The notes under the pieces are model-generated. The model saw only the letters and a program-made list of their open reading frames with translations, did no database searches and was not told where the DNA came from. A stretch of 64,000 nt of DNA from contig JBIOIY010000007.1 of the NCBI GenBank assembly GCA_044450345.1, positions 1 to 64,000 of the forward strand, in the 5' to 3' direction. The DNA comes from Thermodesulfovibrionales bacterium (lineage in GTDB: Bacteria; Nitrospirota; Thermodesulfovibrionia; Thermodesulfovibrionales; UBA6898). Position numbers and translations under genes: made by a program. The first letter of the stretch is position 1; each line of letters begins with the position of its first letter. Shown piece after piece: positions 58,028 to 64,000 of this stretch.

Positions 58028-58192
58028 TTATCGCCAGACTTCCTGCGCTATTAAGACTCTCAAAAAGGTTTCTTTGGGCCAGCTGTCTTCCGATGTACAA
58101 AGGGTTTCCAAAAGAAACTGTTCGGTCAACTTCCGCGCATTACGGTGGTCTTTGCTGTTGATCAGCTCTACAATCTCTAATGTTCCGCGCAT
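58028..58192 (-). CDS. Small hypothetical protein, 54 aa (not in ORF track)
   Basis: SD GGAGGG; MRGTLEIVELINSKDHRNARKLTEQFLLETLCTSEDSWPKETFLRVLIAQEVWR*. Confidence 0.45.
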   Translation of the reverse strand: MRGTLEIVELINSKDHRNARKLTEQFLLETLCTSEDSWPKETFLRVLIAQEVWR

Positions 58193-58225
58193 ACTGCTTC
58201 CCTCCATAATAACGCCCGCCCTCTG

Positions 58226-59335
58226 TTATTTCCGAACGGGCATAATAAGGCAGATATAGTCCAGTGACCCATTGTTTGTCATGAGCGCCGGTGTCAGGGG
58301 CTGAGCAAAAGACAATGTCACCTTCTCGGTGCCGGATTTCTCGAACATGGCGGCTGCATCAAGTAAAAACCCGGGATCGAAAGCGGTTTCAAAAGCCGCG
58401 CCGCCGTATTCAACGTCCAAGCTGTCTGTTGCCTCACCGACTTCATTCGACCCCGTTGAGATATTAAGTTTCTTCTCGCTGATGTCGAGCGAAACCGCCC
58501 TTTTGCCCTCTTTTGTCAGGATCATCGCCTTACGAAGCGAACCGGCCAGCGCCGCAGGCTCGACCACGACCTTCTTGTCGTTGTCGGCAGGTATCACCGC
58601 CTGATAATTTGGATATGACCCCTCGATAAGACGGCCGAGAACATCGACCTCTCCCGTTTTGAACAATATGTGGTTCTTGCTGAAATTGCAGGTGATGACA
58701 GTTTCCTCGTCAAGAAATTTTCGCAGTTCTATCGCGGCTTTCCTTGGGACAATGAGTTTCCTTTCATCCCCTTCGGCCACAACATCTTTGGTCATAAGGG
58801 CCAGCCTATGCCCGTCTGTTCCGACGATGGTCAGCTGCTTCTGGTTCGGGGTCAGGTGAAAGAGCAGTCCATTAAGGGCGTATCTGGTATCGCTTTGCCC
58901 TGTGCAAAAGACGGTTTGCTCAAGCATCGTTGCGATTTCACCGGCCTTTAGCGAGAAACTACCCTCTTCCTTCATATTCGGCCAGGAAGGGAAGTCCTTA
59001 GGAGGCAGGCATGCAAGTTTGAATTTGCTTTTCCCGATCGACACTGCCAGCCATTCAGGCTCCTTGGACTCAAGGGTAATGTCTCCCGCATCCATTTCTT
59101 TGATGATCTCCAACAGCTTGCGAGCCGGTGGGCAGGTCTGCCCTTCTTCTATCACTGTGGCTGTCAAGGGTTCGCGGACCCCGACGTTAAGATCTGTTGC
59201 CCTGATTGTCGTTTTGCCTCCCCGCGCTGTTAAAAGAAAGTGAGAGAGTATCGGCTTGGTCGAGCCTTTGTCGACTATATTTGCGATACCTCCGAGTGCC
59301 GTGCGAAGATCGTCTTTTGTTACCGTGATTTTCAA
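58226..59335 (-). CDS. dnaN: DNA polymerase III beta sliding clamp, element-encoded
   Basis: PILS, ATDL, LNG, GTDGHRLA, IVPRK, RLIEGSYPNY..VIP, LIMPVR; not flanked by dnaA/recF/gyrB. Confidence 0.95.
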   Translation of the reverse strand: MKITVTKDDLRTALGGIANIVDKGSTKPILSHFLLTARGGKTTIRATDLNVGVREPLTATVIEEGQTCPPARKLLEIIKEMDAGDITLESKEPEWLAVSIGKSKFKLACLPPKDFPSWPNMKEEGSFSLKAGEIATMLEQTVFCTGQSDTRYALNGLLFHLTPNQKQLTIVGTDGHRLALMTKDVVAEGDERKLIVPRKAAIELRKFLDEETVITCNFSKNHILFKTGEVDVLGRLIEGSYPNYQAVIPADNDKKVVVEPAALAGSLRKAMILTKEGKRAVSLDISEKKLNISTGSNEVGEATDSLDVEYGGAAFETAFDPGFLLDAAAMFEKSGTEKVTLSFAQPLTPALMTNNGSLDYICLIMPVRK

Positions 59336-59400
59336 TGTGGGAACCTCCTGTTTAATAGTGGAATAGTGCCTTCTGTGTATCAGTATGCTCGGACAGAAGG

Positions 59401-59541
59401 CTATTTCTGTTTTGCGGGAGTCTTCTCCCTGCGTGTTCTTTGCTCTCTCGCCTTGGAAAGAACCTTTTTGGCTTCAATATCAATCGCAAAGTTTGAGAGC
59501 TCTTTCCTGGTCTCTTTCGTAATGACTGTTGAAAATCTCAT
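59401..59541 (-). CDS. Small basic hypothetical protein
   Basis: SD GGAGGG before MRFST. Confidence 0.4.
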   Translation of the reverse strand: MRFSTVITKETRKELSNFAIDIEAKKVLSKAREQRTRREKTPAKQK

Positions 59542-59558
59542 GTAGCCCTCCTTTGTTT

Positions 59559-59747
59559 TTAGATAGGCAGCCCGAATGTAAAGCCAAGCCGCCAGCATCC
59601 GGCTTTGTCACTGCCGATGGGATGAGGATTGTCGGGAAGCGCCGAAGCATGACGCAACCCCAGTGAAACCAGCCGATAATGCTTCTTACATGCGGCCTCA
59701 CCCTGGCAAAAAGCTGTTTCGTCAAATTGTTCTTTGATGTATTCCAT
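59559..59747 (-). CDS. Small hypothetical protein
   Basis: SD AAGGAG, 62 aa. Confidence 0.45.
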   Translation of the reverse strand: MEYIKEQFDETAFCQGEAACKKHYRLVSLGLRHASALPDNPHPIGSDKAGCWRLGFTFGLPI

Positions 59748-59780
59748 AGAGTCTCCTTTTGTGATGGCGCTCGGCAGTGG

Positions 59781-60152
59781 CTAGGTTTTCCAATGGAAGT
59801 CGGGGCAAAGGAGCGAGCTTAGACTGTATATCTCCGCCCCAGCTGAGGTACACTCGACGGATAGTTTGCAGTCACCGCAAGCAGGCTGCCGCATGCGCAC
59901 CACACGCACGATGTTAAGCTCCAGACTAAAGTCGCAGACATCGCAATACAGCTTCTCGATCACGGTCTCTCCCTGCTGGTCGGTCGGGACAGTGAAAGAT
60001 GCCGGTGGTGATATGGGCGCACTCTTATGCGTTAATACGCGCACCTTCATCTGCCCTAGCCGTTTGCACCTTGGGCACACGAATTCAGAGGGCAGCAACA
60101 AGGCATTCGACTGAGCTGAGGAGGCCCCTTCAAAAGTTATGGAACGAAACAC
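59781..60152 (-). CDS. Cys-rich hypothetical protein
   Basis: CPRC, CDVC, CGDC....C, CPDF; SD GAGGTG. Confidence 0.55.
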   Translation of the reverse strand: MFRSITFEGASSAQSNALLLPSEFVCPRCKRLGQMKVRVLTHKSAPISPPASFTVPTDQQGETVIEKLYCDVCDFSLELNIVRVVRMRQPACGDCKLSVECTSAGAEIYSLSSLLCPDFHWKT

Positions 60153-60206
60153 TACATATCACCTCTTTTCGCAGTAATTTCCCGGGGGATAATCACACAG
60201 ATAGCC

Positions 60207-60494
60207 TCATCCTCTTATCCTGCGCTGGGGACACTTCTGAAACCGGCAAGTGTTGTCGGTCCCAAGCGCAGCTGACACAAGGTTCGTTTTGAGAGTTTCC
60301 AAGCGGTCCGCACTGACTTTCGGCTCTTCCTTTTCCCAAATGATCGAGGCGCTTTTTACACAGCCATCGTTGGGAACTGCCACGTGCCCCTTGAAACGCC
60401 GGCATTTATGGATGACGCTGAAAGGGACAGTGACAACATCTCCTGCTGCAGTTTCGTTGATCCCCTTTTTTCCTTGCTCGACAGAAACGACCAT
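60207..60494 (-). CDS. Hypothetical protein
   Basis: SD GGGAG, co-oriented 95-aa ORF. Confidence 0.4.
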   Translation of the reverse strand: MVVSVEQGKKGINETAAGDVVTVPFSVIHKCRRFKGHVAVPNDGCVKSASIIWEKEEPKVSADRLETLKTNLVSAALGTDNTCRFQKCPQRRIRG

Positions 60495-60496
60495 AC

Positions 60497-60613
60497 TTAT
60501 CTCCCTTCCGCCGCCTCTATGGCAGCATTAACCATTTCTATGACTTCTTTTCCGTACTTTAGATTTCGGGTGCCGCTCATGGATGCTGCGTTTTCAAATG
60601 TGGATTTTTCCAT
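60497..60613 (-). CDS. Small hypothetical peptide, 38 aa (not in ORF track)
   Basis: MEKSTFENAASMSGTRNLKYGKEVIEMVNAAIEAAEGR*, fills the gap between co-oriented genes. Confidence 0.35.
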   Translation of the reverse strand: MEKSTFENAASMSGTRNLKYGKEVIEMVNAAIEAAEGR

Positions 60614-60648
60614 GGCGACACCCCCACCTAAATATTACTTTTTGACTG

Positions 60649-61827
60649 CTATGCTGCTACCTTTTGCAGAGTTTCCTGGACGGACGGCCGACCATAATAA
60701 CTACGAAGATCGTCAAGGTCTTTGGCACAGGATCTTGCGAGTTTAGATGTGTCAGAGGCCAATGACCCTATAATCCTGATCTTTTTGTCATTCCAAAGTG
60801 GATCATGGATATAGTAGTCCGTCTCCGTTTGCTGCTTTGCCGATGGCGCGTAACCGTCTTTCAAAAGAGTTATTGGACGAAATCTGGAATGAACAAGGCC
60901 AATTCTCAGCTTGCTCAGGTGGAGCAACTTTCTGACAATTATTTCGAAAGGCTCATTATGGTTATAGAGAACGAAGCATCTGATGTTGCGTACATTATAT
61001 CCCTGCTTATCCAGTCCCTCCACGCATTTGTCCACCATCGGAGCCATATCGTATGACCCGTCCCAAGCAATCCGGATATTGGTCACTCTGCATGCCTTCA
61101 GTAAGGGAATAAGATGAAGTTTCTTCGAAAGTATCCTTACGTCAAAGCCCCCTTGTATCTCGATAGACGATAGGGGCTTTCCGTTGAGTTTAAAGTCGGC
61201 GAGGTTCCCGAGAAACGTTTCGACATCGCTTCGGGCAACAATGTTATTGTCGTTAAGTATGAGTTTCCTCATCTTAATCCTCTTTGAGAAGTACTCCCAC
61301 GGATACTCTTCATATCCAAATCGCCATCCATAGCAGAAACTACATTTTCTGATACATCCGGAACTTGCTGCGTCTATCTGGGTTCTGACTGTCGACGGAA
61401 GCAGATCATAGGCAGGGGTGACGGCCTCTGCATCTTTTAGTTTCCCAATGTGAACATCTGCGTAAGGGAACGCTTCACGGTAAAGATCAGGGTCCAAACT
61501 TGCATGCACACCCCCAATTCTTATTGTCGCCGCCGGATAAAGATTATGATACTTCTCGATGCACGGCTTTACATAGTCCTGAAACCACCATGAAAAAACC
61601 GTAGTGATACCAATCAGATCAGGAACAAAGGGTATCCCCTCCCTCAAGAATAAATTGCCTTCCTTCTCCGGGTACAAGACATTGCCATCGTCGAAATGTA
61701 AATGGACGTTATCGCCTTGCTCTCTGTGATAGGCGGCCAGTTTCAATAAGGGATACGGGAAATACTTAGCCGGATCCTTTAGTTTTTTGGGCTTAGGCCA
61801 GTCTGGCACAACAAGTAAAACATTCAT
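60649..61827 (-). CDS. Radical SAM protein with N-terminal B12-binding-like domain
   Basis: PYPLLKLAAYH, PDLIGITTVFSW, IGGVHASL, SSGCIRKCSFC, DNNI; SD GGAAGGAG before MNVLLV. Confidence 0.8.
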   Translation of the reverse strand: MNVLLVVPDWPKPKKLKDPAKYFPYPLLKLAAYHREQGDNVHLHFDDGNVLYPEKEGNLFLREGIPFVPDLIGITTVFSWWFQDYVKPCIEKYHNLYPAATIRIGGVHASLDPDLYREAFPYADVHIGKLKDAEAVTPAYDLLPSTVRTQIDAASSGCIRKCSFCYGWRFGYEEYPWEYFSKRIKMRKLILNDNNIVARSDVETFLGNLADFKLNGKPLSSIEIQGGFDVRILSKKLHLIPLLKACRVTNIRIAWDGSYDMAPMVDKCVEGLDKQGYNVRNIRCFVLYNHNEPFEIIVRKLLHLSKLRIGLVHSRFRPITLLKDGYAPSAKQQTETDYYIHDPLWNDKKIRIIGSLASDTSKLARSCAKDLDDLRSYYGRPSVQETLQKVAA

Positions 61828-62003
61828 TACGACTCCTTCCTGATAAATTTTGCGTTCGGGCTTCTTCATATCGGCAATTATTTTCAGGCCGACAATATTT
61901 CGGAGTTATTTCACCCACCCGACTCTAAGAGGCAAAGCGATATCTGGAACCCTCAACATACTGCTTGATAATTTCCGAGGTCGTATCCATATTCCTCCTT
62001 CCC

Positions 62004-63644
62004 TCACGCTGCCTCTTCAATCGGGGCGTTGCCGAGGTTTAGCATTTTCTCCCCGTCTTTGGTGATTATTTTCACATGGGCTGTGCCGGGCTCCCAGATG
62101 ATGCCGAGTATATTCCACGGGGATATCTTCGCGGTCCAGAAGCCCTTAAAAAGGTCGTCCCGCTGATATTTTCCGCTTATGTTCTGCAGATCATCCGATA
62201 TCTCCTCGTTGAAGCTATTTTGCTGTGTCTCCCAGCTGTCTCCTTCATCGCTGCGGACCTTCTCAAAGACAAAGGTGTCGAGCCCGAGATTGCGGAAGTC
62301 ATCCGCCGCCAGCGAGTAGTAAATCGCTCCATCGCACCAGTTGTCGATCGCCGCAACGACAGGCACGCTCTTTCCTACGCACGAGATTGTTGCTTTTGCC
62401 CAACTGTAGTTACCCTGAAACTGGCCTGCGGTATCGGTGGTATCGATATCGATGTGCACCGTGCGTTCCTTCACTTCAACCCAGCCGGGCCGCCGGTCGC
62501 ATACTGTGCGTTCAGTGACAGCCCTTTCGGGGAGGGCGATGATCGTATCTACCTCATGTAACTGTTCGCCATCGACTACAAGATCAATGACCTCGTTTTC
62601 AAGAGCCCTTTTCTCTTCTTTCCCGATCAGGACAAGTTCCTTGCTTGGTCCCCACTCTTTCCCGGCATATGGCTCGTCCTGTAAATAATAAAAACGGCTC
62701 AGGGAGTTCAGTTGCTCCTGTGTCCCGAAAACAGAGAGAAACTTCATGCGCTTCGCGAGGTCCTCTACGTTATTATTCGAACGGTCGTTTATATACGACA
62801 CGCAGTACTCCGCTGTTTGTTCGCGGACAAAATCCAGAAACGTGTTCCAGCTGTCATCCCGCTTCATTTTCTCTCTAAAGGGCAGGACGGGCGTCAGAGG
62901 ACTCCCCGTTGTTATGTCGAGGATAACGCTGCGGCGACAGTCATTTCTTTCGTGCGGGATTTTGATGCCGTACCAGATAACGAGGGGCAAGGCGGCATTC
63001 TCGATATCGCTGCCGGAGTAATACCGAACGTCTGAAAGTATCGATTCTTTAATGCCAAGGAAATTATCTTTATATGTCGTCTTAATGATGAATTCCCCGT
63101 CACTGGCGTGTTTCCGCTCGACGGCCTCCCCGTTGAGGGTTATGTCCATCGGGAAATACTTCAGCTGCGCCCTGTGCAGATTCAGATCAACTTTGTCCGA
63201 CAGCACAATCTTTACGAAGAAGCCTTCGCATGTGTCTTCGCGGTTGACTCTGCCTAAAATGGACTCGCGATAGGGCTTGTCGTTTAGCAAACGGGTAGCA
63301 TCTACCGTCACACTCCCAAAAAGGCTACGGAAGATGATCTCCGTTGCTATTGATACCAAGTGGAAGATACCAAATCCGGCAGGATTCTGGTCCCGCACAG
63401 TTTCTTCATCCCAGCCCGTATCCGCGAGCACAAAAAGCGGTTCTGCATGTTTCGCGCCCCGCCCATTGTCCACCGCGGTAAGCACGTTGTCTTTAAGTGT
63501 AATCGTGAGTTGACTGGCACGAGCGCGATGCGAATTCTGAGCTATTTCCACAAGAGAAGTCGATGGGTCACTGAAAAAGCATGGTAACAACTTAAATAGT
63601 CTATCTGCATTGATCATATGCATCTCCTCTTTTGATTTGTTCAT
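62004..63644 (-). CDS. GHKL (HATPase_c) ATPase-domain protein
   Basis: EIAQNSHRA, DNGRG, GFGIF in the N-terminal domain; long unrecognised C-terminus. Confidence 0.7.
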   Translation of the reverse strand: MNKSKEEMHMINADRLFKLLPCFFSDPSTSLVEIAQNSHRARASQLTITLKDNVLTAVDNGRGAKHAEPLFVLADTGWDEETVRDQNPAGFGIFHLVSIATEIIFRSLFGSVTVDATRLLNDKPYRESILGRVNREDTCEGFFVKIVLSDKVDLNLHRAQLKYFPMDITLNGEAVERKHASDGEFIIKTTYKDNFLGIKESILSDVRYYSGSDIENAALPLVIWYGIKIPHERNDCRRSVILDITTGSPLTPVLPFREKMKRDDSWNTFLDFVREQTAEYCVSYINDRSNNNVEDLAKRMKFLSVFGTQEQLNSLSRFYYLQDEPYAGKEWGPSKELVLIGKEEKRALENEVIDLVVDGEQLHEVDTIIALPERAVTERTVCDRRPGWVEVKERTVHIDIDTTDTAGQFQGNYSWAKATISCVGKSVPVVAAIDNWCDGAIYYSLAADDFRNLGLDTFVFEKVRSDEGDSWETQQNSFNEEISDDLQNISGKYQRDDLFKGFWTAKISPWNILGIIWEPGTAHVKIITKDGEKMLNLGNAPIEEAA

Positions 63645-63699
63645 TAATGAAGGAATGTTAGATACCGGCTATCTTCAATACAATCTAACGAGCAGGTGT

Positions 63700-63912
63700 T
63701 TAGGCGGCCTCACATAGCGGGGGTTCTGTCGCCATCAGAGCGTCCCTATAATCCATCTGTCCGCTGATAGAGAGAAATTCGTCGACAGCGTCTTCTTCTT
63801 TTGCCCTGGCAAAGCCCTCCTGAAAGGTGACAATATCCTTAAAGGTGTGATGCCAGATGTAATCAACTTCTTCGGCGGGTAAAAGCTTCTTCTCTCTTAT
63901 ATACTTCGTCAT
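63700..63912 (-). CDS. Small hypothetical protein
   Basis: 70-aa co-oriented ORF. Confidence 0.45.
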   Translation of the reverse strand: MTKYIREKKLLPAEEVDYIWHHTFKDIVTFQEGFARAKEEDAVDEFLSISGQMDYRDALMATEPPLCEAA

Positions 63913-64000
63913 CGATCCGGGTCGCGCAATCCCTCCCCTTGTTCCCTTGACCGTGCTTCTCCAGAGGCCTTCGCAGCTTCTCAGGCGTGGGTGCGCTCTC

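Overview
Bacterial accessory DNA in three parts. (1) 1-5.9 kb: a RiPP-like locus (unannotated 32-aa Cys-Cys precursor at 1560-1658, radical SAM/SPASM maturase, MFS exporter, TonB-dependent receptor, divergent orphan ABC substrate-binding protein), then an MNT/HEPN toxin-antitoxin pair. (2) 6.4-41.7 kb: a metal-homeostasis island with many Met/Gly/His-rich exported proteins, a probable UGA-recoded CYCxC selenoprotein, a FixH/FMN-bind/polyferredoxin module, a His-less sensor kinase, an octaheme cytochrome, CopA, a YHS-thioredoxin-reductase-like fusion without CxxC, P-II/CusCBA, and a fur-feoAAB operon. Seven promoter regions share a TTCA-N7-TTCA direct repeat, and an inverted 155-bp duplicate brackets the copper part. 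(3) 42.1-64 kb: after an isolated IS21-like end, a co-oriented (- strand) plasmid/ICE-like backbone with an NDT/TIR-like protein, ERCC4 nuclease, two XRE regulators, ASCH, DnaG, PLD nuclease, WGR-DNA ligase, a PRTRC (E-C-F-B-A-ThiF) ubiquitin-like cluster, an IS200/IS605 tnpB element, DnaN, a B12-type radical SAM and a GHKL ATPase. No rRNA, tRNA or CRISPR array was recognised. All family calls come from motif recognition by eye; no database search was run.
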